A DNA stretch of 33,479 nucleotides from an uncultured Bifidobacterium sp. (GTDB taxonomy: Bacteria; Actinomycetota; Thermoleophilia; Gaiellales; F1-60-MAGs149). The notes under the pieces were generated by a model. It was not told the DNA's origin. It saw only the letters and a program-made list of their open reading frames with translations, and ran no database searches. The stretch is taken from assembly GCA_964588635.1 (NCBI GenBank), contig CAZPQP010000002.1:1-33479 (forward strand), written 5' to 3'. Each line of letters begins with the position of its first letter. Positions within the stretch are counted from its first letter, which is position 1. Positions 8,424 through 17,919 of this stretch are shown here, one piece after another. Both the position numbers and the translations under genes were made by a program.

Positions 8424-9296
8424 ATGCCCGCTGCAACTTCCAATGTCGACACGGCGCGCTTCGGCGAACAGGCCGTCGTGCGCAAGCTCCGCGAACTTCC
8501 CGTCGCGGCGTCGACGCACATCTATCAGGGCTCGATCGTGGCCCTCAACAGCGCGGGCTATCTCGTGCCCGCGTCTGCCGACGCCTCGCTGCACATCGTG
8601 GGCGTGGCACAGGTCGAGGCCGACAACAGCCCCGGCGCCGCTGGCGCGATCGAATGCAGCGTCGAGCGTGGCGCGTTCTACTTCGCGAACGGCAGCAGCA
8701 CGGCCGCCATCGTCGAAGCGGACATCGGGCGCGTGGTCTACGCGGCCGACGACCAGACGCTGTCGCGCATCAACACCTCGGGCACGCTCCCGGCGGTCGG
8801 CAAGGTCCTCGGCGTCGACGACAGCAAGGTGATCGTCGAGGTCGGGCTCCTCTCTCGCGCGGAGGCCAATGGCGGCTCGTCGCACGACGTGCTCTTTCCG
8901 GCTGGCGCCGACCTCTCCACCACGGGGCAAAACCTGTTCGTGAAGCTCAACGGCTCGTCGCAGATCGTGCTTGCGTCGGCCGCTGGCGAACAGGCCCTCG
9001 GCGTGCTGCTGAATGCGCCGGGCTCCGGCGCGATCGGAATCGTGCGCGTGCTCGGCGCGTGCTCGGTGATCGCTTCGACCGGAATCGCGGACGGTGCGCT
9101 GATCGCCACGACCGTGACCTCTGCCCGCGCGAAGCCCGCCGTGGCAGCCACGGTCAACACCTCGGACGCTGGCGCCAGCAGCGACCCGGTGATCGGGTCG
9201 TTCGTGATGGGCATGGCCCTCGCTGACGGCACCACTGGCAACCTGATGCCGATCTTCGTCAACCCCATGGGCGCGATCCCGACCACGGCCGCCTGA
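8424..9296 (+). CDS. Head decoration / capsid cement-like protein, apparently two tandem beta-rich domains.
   Basis: 290 aa, lying between the protease/scaffold and major capsid genes. Two halves of similar character resemble DUF2190-type decoration domains. The call rests on position and composition only. Confidence 0.45.
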   Translation: MPAATSNVDTARFGEQAVVRKLRELPVAASTHIYQGSIVALNSAGYLVPASADASLHIVGVAQVEADNSPGAAGAIECSVERGAFYFANGSSTAAIVEADIGRVVYAADDQTLSRINTSGTLPAVGKVLGVDDSKVIVEVGLLSRAEANGGSSHDVLFPAGADLSTTGQNLFVKLNGSSQIVLASAAGEQALGVLLNAPGSGAIGIVRVLGACSVIASTGIADGALIATTVTSARAKPAVAATVNTSDAGASSDPVIGSFVMGMALADGTTGNLMPIFVNPMGAIPTTAA

Positions 9297-9318
9297 TAAC
9301 CGACAAGGAACGCGAACC

Positions 9319-10230
9319 ATGCTCATCACTCCCGCCACACTCAAGGCACTGCAGGTCACGCTCGATCTGCGCTTCAAGCAGGCTTATGCGGCTGCGCAGC
9401 CGATCTCGCCTCGCTTCGCGTCGACGATCCCCTCGGGCGCGCGCGCGAACGTCTATCCGATGCACGCGAAGATCGCGAAGCTTCGTCCATGGGACGGGGA
9501 GCGCAAGATCACCAACGCGAAGTCCTACAAGTACCAGCTCGACAACGAGTCCTATGAACTCACGATCGAAGTCGACCGCGACGACATCGAAGACGATTCG
9601 ATCGGCGTCTATTCGGGCCTCGTCGACGAGATGGGGATGCAGGCTCGCCTCTGGCCTGACGACCTCGTCTTCACGGCGCTGCTCGAGGGTGAGAACCTGA
9701 ACGCCTATGACGACGTCCCCTTCTTCTCCAATAGCCACAACCTCGGTGGCAACACGATCGACAACCTCTTCGCGTCGACCGCGCTGACGGCGTCGAATTT
9801 CGCCAGCGTCCGCGCGAGCATGATGGAGTATGTCGGCGAGGACGGTGAATCTCTGCACGTCCGCCCCGACGTGCTGCTGGTGCCCCCGGCCCTCGAGGTG
9901 ACGGCTCGAAAGATCGTGCAGGCCTCGACGATCGTCGACAGCGGCACCATCGGCGCCGTCGACAACGTGCTTCGCGGTCTCAGCGATGTGATCGTGGCGC
10001 CGCAGCTGGCGGCCAGCGCGGGCGGCTCGGACACCGAGTGGTATCTGCTCGACACCACGCGCGCGATCCGCCCGCTGATCTTTCAGCAGCGTCAGGCGCC
10101 CGAGATGGTCGCGCTGACCAACCCCTCGGACGAGCACGTCATGATGCGCAACAAGTTCATCTATGGCGTGAAGGCGCGCGGCGCCGCGGGCTATGGCCCG
10201 TTCTGGCTCGCCGCCAAGTGCAAGGCGTGA
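9319..10230 (+). CDS. Major capsid protein (Mu gpT-like).
   Basis: 303 aa. The N-terminus (ITPATLKALQVTLDLRFKQAY...PMHAKIAKLRPWDGER...YELTIEVDRDDIEDD) matches my recollection of the Mu-like gpT family. The position is canonical. Confidence 0.85.
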   Translation: MLITPATLKALQVTLDLRFKQAYAAAQPISPRFASTIPSGARANVYPMHAKIAKLRPWDGERKITNAKSYKYQLDNESYELTIEVDRDDIEDDSIGVYSGLVDEMGMQARLWPDDLVFTALLEGENLNAYDDVPFFSNSHNLGGNTIDNLFASTALTASNFASVRASMMEYVGEDGESLHVRPDVLLVPPALEVTARKIVQASTIVDSGTIGAVDNVLRGLSDVIVAPQLAASAGGSDTEWYLLDTTRAIRPLIFQQRQAPEMVALTNPSDEHVMMRNKFIYGVKARGAAGYGPFWLAAKCKA

Positions 10231-10261
10231 CCTGACCTGATCTGACCCGAGAGGTGCTGCT

Positions 10262-10669
10262 GTGGCTTATGCGACGACGACAGACTTGGCGCGATTCGGT
10301 CTGCCCGCAGCAGCCCTCTCGGGTGTCTCTGCCTCTGTGCAGAGTGAGTGTCTTGAGGCGGCCAGCGACGTGGCCGATAGCTATCTCCGATCACGATATG
10401 CGACTCCGCTGCAGAGCTATGGCAGCGACCTCACGCAGTGCGTGTGCGCGCTCGCGGCCGAGCTCATCCTGACGACGCGCGGCCTCGACCCGACGCGTGC
10501 GAACGGGGATGTGATCATCGTGCGCGCAGACCGAATGCGGGCGTGGCTCAGGGACGTGTCGGCTGGCAAGGCTGCTGTCACGGGCGGCGTCACGGTGCCG
10601 GGGCCGCAGCGATTCGCGACGGCCACGACAGCGCCGACCACGACGAGCTCGTCGCAGCGAGGCTGGTGA
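10262..10669 (+). CDS. Head-tail connector protein (DUF1320 / Mu gp36-like).
   Basis: 135 aa with a GTG start after GAGAGG. YATTTDLARFGLPAAAL...ASDVADSYLRSRY is typical of DUF1320. Confidence 0.65.
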   Translation: MAYATTTDLARFGLPAAALSGVSASVQSECLEAASDVADSYLRSRYATPLQSYGSDLTQCVCALAAELILTTRGLDPTRANGDVIIVRADRMRAWLRDVSAGKAAVTGGVTVPGPQRFATATTAPTTTSSSQRGW

Positions 10670-10673
10670 CGCG

Positions 10674-11129
10674 GTGGGCGTGCGCGGCGACTTCGCAGCA
10701 GCCACGCGACTCGCGCGGCGTCTTTCGAGGCTCGGTGATCAGGCCGTGACCGACGTCGTCAAGGCGATCGCGGCCGAAGCGCAGGACCTTGTGGCCGAGG
10801 GATTCCGCAGGTCGACGGCGCCGAGCGGCGTGCCGTGGCGACCGCTGGCGCAGGCCCGTGCGCGCAACCGTCGCCGGGGCGACCGAGGCAAGCCCTTGGT
10901 GGACACCGGGCGCCTGCGTGCGTCGGTGACGACGAGGCCGAGGATCGAGGGCACGAGCTTCTCGATCACCGCCGACCCGGTCTACGCGGCCACGCATCAA
11001 TATGGTCGCGGCGCCATCCCCGCGCGGCCCTTTCTGCCGATCCCGACGGCGCTGAGCCCAGGGCTGCCCGCAGCGTGGCGACGAGCCTTCAACCGCGCGG
11101 CCGACGAGGCGATCGAGGCGCTGCTGTGA
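10674..11129 (+). CDS. Virion morphogenesis / tail completion protein (Mu gpG-like).
   Basis: 151 aa. PWRPL...LVDTGRLRASV...YAATHQYGRGAIPARPFL is the signature of the gpG / HK97 gp10-like family. Confidence 0.7.
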   Translation: MGVRGDFAAATRLARRLSRLGDQAVTDVVKAIAAEAQDLVAEGFRRSTAPSGVPWRPLAQARARNRRRGDRGKPLVDTGRLRASVTTRPRIEGTSFSITADPVYAATHQYGRGAIPARPFLPIPTALSPGLPAAWRRAFNRAADEAIEALL

Positions 11130-11623
11130 CCCTCTCGACGACCATCGCAGCGGTCAATGCCGCCGTGGCCCTCGAGGTGGCAGGGCTCTCGACGAGCGTC
11201 GGTGCGCGGCTCGCTGACGACCACGTCGCCCCGCCGTGCCTTCGATGGATCCCGACCAGCGACGAGGCTGGTGCGGCGCCGAAGCGCAGCCCGATTGCCT
11301 CGGGCCTGCAGCGTGCGCTCGTCGGCCTCGACACCCTCTTCGATGTGGAGTGCTGGGCTGCCGATTTCGAGACCACGATCACCCTGCGGGACGCACTCGT
11401 GCGCGCTCTGCACAGCGTCGTCGGCCCCACCGCATTCGCACTCGGCACAGGCACGTGGGCGCGCGGGGACGCGCTTACGCTGGGCGAGAGTGTTACCATG
11501 CGCGTCACGATCCGAGGCTATGTCCCTGAGACGGCGCCGACGGTCGCGACCGTGGCGACCGTCGCATTCGACAGCACCGGGGCCGTCGCTGGAGACGGCC
11601 AGATCCTGATCCCCTCCGACTGA
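11126..11623 (+). CDS. Neck / tail terminator-like structural protein.
   Basis: GTG at 11126 overlaps the upstream stop. 165 aa, lying between the connector genes and the sheath gene. No motif recognised. Confidence 0.35.
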   Translation: MTLSTTIAAVNAAVALEVAGLSTSVGARLADDHVAPPCLRWIPTSDEAGAAPKRSPIASGLQRALVGLDTLFDVECWAADFETTITLRDALVRALHSVVGPTAFALGTGTWARGDALTLGESVTMRVTIRGYVPETAPTVATVATVAFDSTGAVAGDGQILIPSD

Positions 11624-11644
11624 CCGATCACCCACGAGGACCCA

Positions 11645-13087
11645 ATGCCGATCGCTTCGACCACACTCGCAATCGCTGACGGAGGCCTCGGGGTCTCTCG
11701 GCAGCTCTCCCGTCCGCCCGCGATCGTCGGGTGTGCGCAGTCCGGCACCGTCGACACCGTGGTGCTCTGCAGCACGGTCGAAGATGCGATCGCGACCTTC
11801 GGTTATGGCAAGCTGACGGCCCTCGCGGCAGAATATTTCCTGCGCGCGGGCGGCCCGATCCTCTGCGTGCGCGCGGCCTCGACCAGCGCGGGGAGCTGCT
11901 CGGCGGTCACCCCCGGCGCAACGAACACCTCGACCGCGGTGCTCTCGGTGACCGTGGCGACGGCGGCCGATGACTTCCGGGTCGTCTACCGCGTGACTCG
12001 CGCGGCTGCGAACCTTGCGGCGCTGACGGCCGCCGTGCGCATCTCCCTCGACAACGGCGAGAGCTTCTCCTCCGAGTTCGCGGTGCCCGCCAACGGCGAG
12101 ATCACGATCCCGAACACCGGCATCACTACGGACTTCGCGGACGGAACGTTCGTGGTGGGCGACACGTTCTCATTCACCTCGACGGCCCCGATCTGGGATG
12201 CGTCGGCCCTCGGCACCGCGCTCGACGCGCTGGAAGTCACCACGATCGACCACGAGTTCGTGCACGTCGCTGAGCAGGTGACCGGCGCCACCGTCGGCAC
12301 GCTCGACACCTCGGTCGGCGGGCTCGAGGCGTCGAACATCTATCGTTGGTTCCTCGCGTCGAGCCGCAATCAGAGCGGCGGCGAGAGCGTCTCGACGTGG
12401 CAGGGCGTGCTGCTCGGCACGTCCCCCGGCTTCAGCGCGTTCACATCGCGCCACGGCGCCGTGGCAGCGGGCTATGCCACGCGCCTCGACGCGCTCTGGG
12501 ATGCGAACCTCATTCGCTCGGTCGCGTGGGCGATCGGCCCGCGCCTCGCCCTCATTCGCAGCGTCGGCGTGAATGGTCTCGCCGACCATCCCGGTCGCGT
12601 GCTCTCGGGCCCGCTGGGCGGGATCGACGACGGCGATCTGATCCACGACCTCAGGATTCTGACGGGCCTCGACACCGGGCGGTTCCTCGGCGCGCAGAGC
12701 CTCCCGGGGCGCGGCGGCTTTTATTCGACTGCGACGACGCGCGCGGCCGCGGGCAGCGACTTCGTCAGCATCATGAACATCCGCGTCGTGAAGGAAGCCG
12801 CGCGTTTGAGCGTCTCGATCCTGCAGGACTACCTGAATTCCTCGGTGCGCACGATCGCTGGCGGGAAGATCGACCCGCGCGACGCTGACGCAATCGACGG
12901 TCGCGTGACCGCAGCGCTGGCGCAGGACCTCGTCGCGACGGGCCTCGCGTCGGCCGTGAGCGCTCAGGTCGACCGCAACAACAACGTGCTCGCTTCGTCG
13001 CAGCTGAATTTCAAGGTCCGCGTGCAGCCTCTCGGGTATGCCACGCTCATCGATATCGACCTCTCCCTCTCGGCACAGGTGGCGTGA
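11645..13087 (+). CDS. Contractile tail sheath protein.
   Basis: 480 aa, with GAGGA upstream of the ATG. It is immediately followed by a tube-sized gene and a chaperone. The call rests on size and position, plus a resemblance to the DUF2586-type sheath of Mu-like phages. Confidence 0.65.
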   Translation: MPIASTTLAIADGGLGVSRQLSRPPAIVGCAQSGTVDTVVLCSTVEDAIATFGYGKLTALAAEYFLRAGGPILCVRAASTSAGSCSAVTPGATNTSTAVLSVTVATAADDFRVVYRVTRAAANLAALTAAVRISLDNGESFSSEFAVPANGEITIPNTGITTDFADGTFVVGDTFSFTSTAPIWDASALGTALDALEVTTIDHEFVHVAEQVTGATVGTLDTSVGGLEASNIYRWFLASSRNQSGGESVSTWQGVLLGTSPGFSAFTSRHGAVAAGYATRLDALWDANLIRSVAWAIGPRLALIRSVGVNGLADHPGRVLSGPLGGIDDGDLIHDLRILTGLDTGRFLGAQSLPGRGGFYSTATTRAAAGSDFVSIMNIRVVKEAARLSVSILQDYLNSSVRTIAGGKIDPRDADAIDGRVTAALAQDLVATGLASAVSAQVDRNNNVLASSQLNFKVRVQPLGYATLIDIDLSLSAQVA

Positions 13088-13088
13088 C

Positions 13089-13541
13089 ATGGCGACGATT
13101 AACAATCGCGAATATGACTGGTCCTCGATCGAGGTGCGCACCGACGGCGACGAGCCGCTCGTGGCGATCACCGCGATCGCGTTCTCGTGGACCGTCGAGC
13201 GCACGCTCGTGCAGGGCGCCGGGCGCAGGCCGCTCGGAATGACCCGCGGGCGCTTCGTTCCGGGCGACGCGAGCATTACGTTTCACCGCAGCGCTTATGA
13301 CTCGCTGGCGGCGTCGCCGGGCTGGTGCGACCGCGATCGCGTGATCGTGATTCAGTACACTGACTCGGTGCTCGGCACTCGTCGCGAGGTTTTGTCCGGC
13401 GTGCGCTTCTCCGGCGCTCAGGGCGGTGGCGAGCAGGGCACCGACGCGCTCACGGTTCAGGTGAATTTTCAGTTCCGCGGTCTCACGATCAACGGCGCGT
13501 CGCCGATCGAGGACACCAGCGTCTCGCGACAGGTGGTGTGA
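13089..13541 (+). CDS. Tail tube protein.
   Basis: 150 aa starting at ATG 13089, 2 nt after the sheath stop. Beta-rich. Position is sheath, tube, chaperone. Confidence 0.6.
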   Translation: MATINNREYDWSSIEVRTDGDEPLVAITAIAFSWTVERTLVQGAGRRPLGMTRGRFVPGDASITFHRSAYDSLAASPGWCDRDRVIVIQYTDSVLGTRREVLSGVRFSGAQGGGEQGTDALTVQVNFQFRGLTINGASPIEDTSVSRQVV

Positions 13542-13885
13542 TGGCCCTCGACCCCGAGGCAATCAAAGCGCTCGAAGCGCAGCACGGTCCGCTGCTGGTG
13601 ATCAACGTCGCCAGCGAGGCCGACGGTCGCGAACTGACGCTCGCGTTTCGCGCTGCGACGAGCGCGCACTGGCGGCGCCTGAGCGCGGCCGACAAGCGCC
13701 TGATCGCTGGCGACGATAGCGCGGCCTCGGCGCCCGAGCTGATCGCGCGAGAGCTGCTCGTGCACCCCGATCGCACGGCCTTCGACGCGCTGCGGGACGA
13801 TGCCCCGTGGATCGCCGAGCAGGCGGGCAGGGAGCTTGTCGGGCGCTTTAGCCGGAGGTATCGCGCGGCCGTGGGGGAATCTTGA
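13541..13885 (+). CDS. Tail assembly chaperone (G-like, short form).
   Basis: ATG overlaps the tube stop (TGATG). 114 aa, acidic and helical, directly upstream of the tape measure gene. Confidence 0.6.
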   Translation: MALDPEAIKALEAQHGPLLVINVASEADGRELTLAFRAATSAHWRRLSAADKRLIAGDDSAASAPELIARELLVHPDRTAFDALRDDAPWIAEQAGRELVGRFSRRYRAAVGES

Positions 13886-14046
13886 CCCTGCGGGACGAGA
13901 CACGCACCGATCTGTGGACTGCAGCGTCGTGCGTGCTCGCTCTTGCAGGGCACGACCCTGACGACCTCGACCCGCACCGACGCGCGGGCGCACTGCTCGT
14001 GGCCGAGGCGCTCCACATCCACCGCGTCGCGAATACGAAGGGCTAG
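13852..14046 (+). CDS. -1 frame extension of the tail assembly chaperone (GT-like long form made by programmed frameshift).
   Basis: The -1 frame is open from 13852 to the TAG at 14044-14046. It reads ...ILTLRDETRTDLWTAASCVLALAGHDPDDLDPHRRAGALLVAEALHIHRVANTKG. A G-run, gtgGGGGGaat at 13873-13879, sits two codons before the 0-frame stop. Without this extension, 166 nt would be non-coding. Confidence 0.5.
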   Translation, partial: PEVSRGRGGILTLRDETRTDLWTAASCVLALAGHDPDDLDPHRRAGALLVAEALHIHRVANTKG

Positions 14047-14051
14047 CAGCC

Positions 14052-15821
14052 GTGGCCGAGACACTCACCTGGCGGTTTCAAGCGGTCGATGCCATGTCCG
14101 GGCCGCTCGGCCGCGCCGAGGCCTCGGTCAACTCGCTGCACCGCAGTCTCTCGCAAGGCGAGGGATCGGTGCGGGGGCTCGACGCCTCGTCGCAGCGCCT
14201 TGGCGGCACACTTGGACAGGTGGCGGGCGTGCTCGGTCAGGTGGGATCGCTCGCGGCTGGGATCACGGCGGCTGCGGCCGGGATGGCCGTGGCTTTCGCA
14301 GCGGTCAGCGCGAACATCATCCGCAGCGTCGCGGAGATGGTCCGCTTTCGCGAGTCGGCCGTGACGACGCTCGGCGTGCTCATGGGCGGTCAGGGGCGCG
14401 CCGGGATCAGCGCGCTCGGTGGCGCAGCCTTCCGCCAGACACAGGCAATCGCGAGGATTGCACCCGGTCGCGCGAGCGACATCATCGCAGCGAGGCAGCA
14501 GGCGATCACGGCGGGATTCCGCGGCGCCGAGGAGCAGCGCGTCCTCGCAGCGGGCCTCGACATCGGCGCGCTGCAGGCTGGCGACACCACCGCGCAGAGT
14601 CGATTCGTGCGAGCCCTCGGCCAGATCCGAGGCCGTGGGGCGCTGCAGGCCGAAGAGCTCAACCAGTTGAGCGAGGTCGGCGTGTCCCGCGCCGAGGTGT
14701 TTCGAGCGATCGCACGCCAGCGTGGCATCGGTGGCACCGAGGCCGAGCAGACTCGCCAGATCCAAGGGCTGATGCAGCGCGGGCAGATCACCGGCACCGA
14801 GGGCGTCAACGCGGTGCTGGCGGCCGTGCAGGCCACGACGCGCACGCAGCTCGGGGGCTTCGCGGTCGCGCAAGGCACGGGCCTCGCGGGCTCGATCAGC
14901 AATGCCGAGGAGGCGCTCCAGAATCTGGTCACCGGAATCAACGGTCTCGAGCAGCTGCCCGGCGTGCAGGCCTTCGCACGCACGGTCGCTGCGATCGGTG
15001 ACGCATTCGGTGGCGCCTCGGCAGCAGGCCTGCGGCTGCAGGCCGTCGTGGCGGGGCTGATCAATCGCGCTGGCGCCGCGATCGGTGGGCTGTTCACTCC
15101 AGAGCGCGTCGAGGGGTTTGTGAACACCCTCGCGACCGTGCTCCCCCCGCTGATCGACACGCTCGTGCGGATGGGCGGCGCTTTCGTCGAGGGTCTCGGT
15201 CAGGTCCTCGGCCCGCTGGTCGCTGACTTGCGGGGCACGAGTCAGGCAGACCTAACCCGATGGACGGAATGGGCCGTGACCTTCGCGCGAAACCTCGGCG
15301 TGATCGTCGGCTTCGCAGCGCAGTTGACGACCGCGCTCGTCGCGCTCGGCGTGGTCCTGACGAACGTCGCGGGCTATGCGGCGCAGGCTTATAACGCTTT
15401 CCAAAGCATCGGCACGTCGATCGTCGACGGGATCGTCGCTGGGATCACGGGTGCTGCTGGACGCGTCGCCGGGGCCGTCACCGGCCTCGCCTCGTCGGCC
15501 GTCAGTGTGGCGCGTGGCGCCCTCGGCATCCGATCGCCTTCGACCGTGTTCGCAGAGATCGGTGACCAGACGGCCGCGGGATTCGCGGTCGGCGTCGAGC
15601 GTGGCACTGGCGACGCTCAGGGCGCCGTGCAGAGCCTCGTGGCGCCACCGACCCTCGGCGCTACCGGAGCGGGCACGGGCGCGCCTCTGGCGGGGCGCGG
15701 CGGGGTATTTCAGATCTTTGTGGACGGCGCGGGCCGAGAGGCTGCCGCAATCGTCGACGAGATCGAGCAGCGCGTCGGCGTGACCTTCGATCGGCTGGCC
15801 CTCTCGGGCGGGAGCGTGTGA
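14052..15821 (+). CDS. Tail tape measure protein.
   Basis: 589 aa, Ala/Gly/Leu-rich and helical, with hydrophobic central segments. Positioned after the chaperone pair. Confidence 0.8.
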   Translation: MAETLTWRFQAVDAMSGPLGRAEASVNSLHRSLSQGEGSVRGLDASSQRLGGTLGQVAGVLGQVGSLAAGITAAAAGMAVAFAAVSANIIRSVAEMVRFRESAVTTLGVLMGGQGRAGISALGGAAFRQTQAIARIAPGRASDIIAARQQAITAGFRGAEEQRVLAAGLDIGALQAGDTTAQSRFVRALGQIRGRGALQAEELNQLSEVGVSRAEVFRAIARQRGIGGTEAEQTRQIQGLMQRGQITGTEGVNAVLAAVQATTRTQLGGFAVAQGTGLAGSISNAEEALQNLVTGINGLEQLPGVQAFARTVAAIGDAFGGASAAGLRLQAVVAGLINRAGAAIGGLFTPERVEGFVNTLATVLPPLIDTLVRMGGAFVEGLGQVLGPLVADLRGTSQADLTRWTEWAVTFARNLGVIVGFAAQLTTALVALGVVLTNVAGYAAQAYNAFQSIGTSIVDGIVAGITGAAGRVAGAVTGLASSAVSVARGALGIRSPSTVFAEIGDQTAAGFAVGVERGTGDAQGAVQSLVAPPTLGATGAGTGAPLAGRGGVFQIFVDGAGREAAAIVDEIEQRVGVTFDRLALSGGSV

Positions 15822-16396
15822 TGGCGTTGGAGATCCCCGAGCACGCGGGCACCGCATGGGATGAGATCACGCTCGGTGGCGTGCATTTCGGCGGTCTCGC
15901 GGCCGTGTCTGGCGATGCCTTTAAGCGCAAGGTGGACGCGCGCAGGGCCGCCGGGCAGGACGGGGCTCGCATCGTCGACAAGGGCTATGACCTCGTGGAT
16001 CTCACGATCACGCTGACTGCGTGGGAGCCCGAGCACGCCGATCAGCTGCAGCGCCTCGTGGCCCTGCTGGCGCCTCGTGGCGTGCGCGGCCGAGGGCTCG
16101 CGGTCGACGTGCATCATCCTGCGCTGGCCTTCGCCGGGATCAGCAGGATCTATGTGACCGGCGCGTCGCTGCCGACGCCGTCGAATGGCACGCTCACCTG
16201 GACGATCAAGGCCAGCGAATTTCGCGATCCACCGCCAGCGCGGCAGCAGCGCAACGCCACGCGCTCGGCGCAGGCAGCGCCGCAGACCTCGACGGCCACA
16301 GACCTCGACCCGAGGCTGCAGCAGGTGATCGCGCAGAATCCAATCCCGGCACCGTCGCAGGCTGGCGCAGCAGCGCCTCCCGCGCGAGGTGGGTGA
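15818..16396 (+). CDS. Tail/baseplate assembly protein (hub-associated), function unassigned.
   Basis: 192 aa, coupled to the tape measure stop (GTGATG). Position only. Confidence 0.4.
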   Translation: MMALEIPEHAGTAWDEITLGGVHFGGLAAVSGDAFKRKVDARRAAGQDGARIVDKGYDLVDLTITLTAWEPEHADQLQRLVALLAPRGVRGRGLAVDVHHPALAFAGISRIYVTGASLPTPSNGTLTWTIKASEFRDPPPARQQRNATRSAQAAPQTSTATDLDPRLQQVIAQNPIPAPSQAGAAAPPARGG

Positions 16397-16399
16397 CCC

Positions 16400-17518
16400 G
16401 TGGCCGAGGTCACGGTCGGCGGTCTGCGCTGCGTGCTCTGCGCCCTCACGGTGCCGCGCGTCGGTGCGTGGGTGGCCGACGTCGACCTCGACTCGGACAC
16501 GGCGCCTGCGGGGCGCGTGGTGCTCTCGATCGACGGCGTCGAGCGCGTCGGTGCCGTCGTGCGAGGCGCTGTCGCCTCGGGCTCGTGGCGCGGTCGCCTC
16601 GTCGGTGGCGCGGGCGGTCTCGCGCGAGTCCTCGACGCCGTGGCCCTGCGGGGCTCGACGCTGGCCGACGTGCTCGCCGACGCACTGCGCGCGGCGGGTG
16701 AGACACCCTCGACGACGAGCTCGGGGCTGGAGCGCGTCGCACCCTTGTGGGCGAGGATCGCAGGACCGGCGTCGACGGCCGTGGCCGACGTCGCGCGAGC
16801 GGCTGGCGTCTCGTGGCGCGTGCTCTCCGACGGCAGCGTGCGCGTCGGTGCCGAGACGTGGGCCGAGCAGCGCCCATCGGGTGCCGTCGACGTGCTCGAG
16901 GACCTCCCCGAGTCCGGCCGTCTGGTGCTCGCTGGCGACGTGCTGGGGATCGACGTCGGGCGCACGCTGATCCTGCCGGGGCGCGCGCCCTTCCGCGTCG
17001 AGCAGATCGAGATCCGTGCGACGCCCCGGGAGCTCCGCGCGACCGTGACGGCCGAGGGCACCACGGGCCTCGGTCCCGTGGTTGACGCAGTGATCCGACG
17101 AGCCCTGCGTCGCGTGGACTATCTGGCGCTCTATCCGGCGAGAGTGGTGAGCCAGAGCGGGCAGCTGCTCGACCTGATCCCCGACGACCCGAGGGTGCCC
17201 TCGATCAGCGGGGTGCCGATGCGCCACGGCCTGCCCGGCGCGTCGGTGACCGTGCCGGTCGGCACACGGGTGCTGCTCGCCTTCGACGCGGGTGACCCCG
17301 CGCGGCCGTTCGCATCGCTCTGGGAGGCTGGCGGCACCGCGACGCAGATCGCGATCAATGGCTCGTCGACGAGGGCCGCACGTGAGGGTGACGACGTCAC
17401 ACGCACGGTCGCAATGGCCTCGTGGATGTCTAGCGTATCGGCAGCGCTCGGCATCCCGTCGACGCCGACGGTGCTCGGCACGATCTCGGAGGGCAGCGAC
17501 GTGGTGAGGATCCCGTGA
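16400..17518 (+). CDS. Baseplate central hub / spike protein (gpD-like N-terminal region fused to a gpV-type OB-fold spike).
   Basis: 372 aa. VPMRHGLPGASVTVPVGTRVLLAFDAGDPARPFA resembles the phage_base_V / gp5 OB-fold motif. Confidence 0.6.
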   Translation: MAEVTVGGLRCVLCALTVPRVGAWVADVDLDSDTAPAGRVVLSIDGVERVGAVVRGAVASGSWRGRLVGGAGGLARVLDAVALRGSTLADVLADALRAAGETPSTTSSGLERVAPLWARIAGPASTAVADVARAAGVSWRVLSDGSVRVGAETWAEQRPSGAVDVLEDLPESGRLVLAGDVLGIDVGRTLILPGRAPFRVEQIEIRATPRELRATVTAEGTTGLGPVVDAVIRRALRRVDYLALYPARVVSQSGQLLDLIPDDPRVPSISGVPMRHGLPGASVTVPVGTRVLLAFDAGDPARPFASLWEAGGTATQIAINGSSTRAAREGDDVTRTVAMASWMSSVSAALGIPSTPTVLGTISEGSDVVRIP

Positions 17519-17919
17519 CGACACCAGACTTCGGCACCGACATCGCGACGCCCGACGCGGCAGACCTCGACCCTTATTTCTCGCCTGTGTCCGGCGTACG
17601 CGGGCTCGGTCAGGCGCTCGGGCGGCGCCTGATCACGCCCCGCGGGACGCTGATCGACGACCCGAGCTTCGGCTTTGACGTGCGCAGTGCGATCAATAGC
17701 TCCCTGACGCCGACGCAGATCGCGGCGCTGGAGCTGTCGATCGCGACCGAGCTCGTGGCCGACGAGCGCGTCGAGACGGCCGACGTGTCGGTGACCTTCG
17801 CGCCGGGGTCGTCGCGGCTGACGATCCGTGCGATAGTCCAGACCGCCGACGGGCCGTTCCGGCTCGTGCTCGCTGTCGGCAGCGTGACGACCGAGATCCT
17901 CGCCGCGGAGCCACTGTGA
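17515..17919 (+). CDS. Baseplate wedge protein (gp25 / GPW-like).
   Basis: 134 aa. LGQALGRRLITPRGTLIDDPSFGFDV...ELVADERV is typical of the gp25-like family. Confidence 0.7.
   Translation: MTTPDFGTDIATPDAADLDPYFSPVSGVRGLGQALGRRLITPRGTLIDDPSFGFDVRSAINSSLTPTQIAALELSIATELVADERVETADVSVTFAPGSSRLTIRAIVQTADGPFRLVLAVGSVTTEILAAEPL

Noticed and set aside
13943-15001. 352-aa + strand ORF overlapping the start of the tape measure gene.
   Set aside because: It is out of frame with the tape measure, and its translation is extremely Arg/Gly-rich. The gap it would fill is better explained by the -1 chaperone extension ending at 14046.
15710-17524. 604-aa ORF on the minus strand.
   Set aside because: It is antisense to the well-supported tape measure, baseplate and hub genes. 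Its Arg/Gly/Pro/Asp/His-rich low-complexity translation is typical of shadow ORFs in very GC-rich DNA. No recognisable motif.
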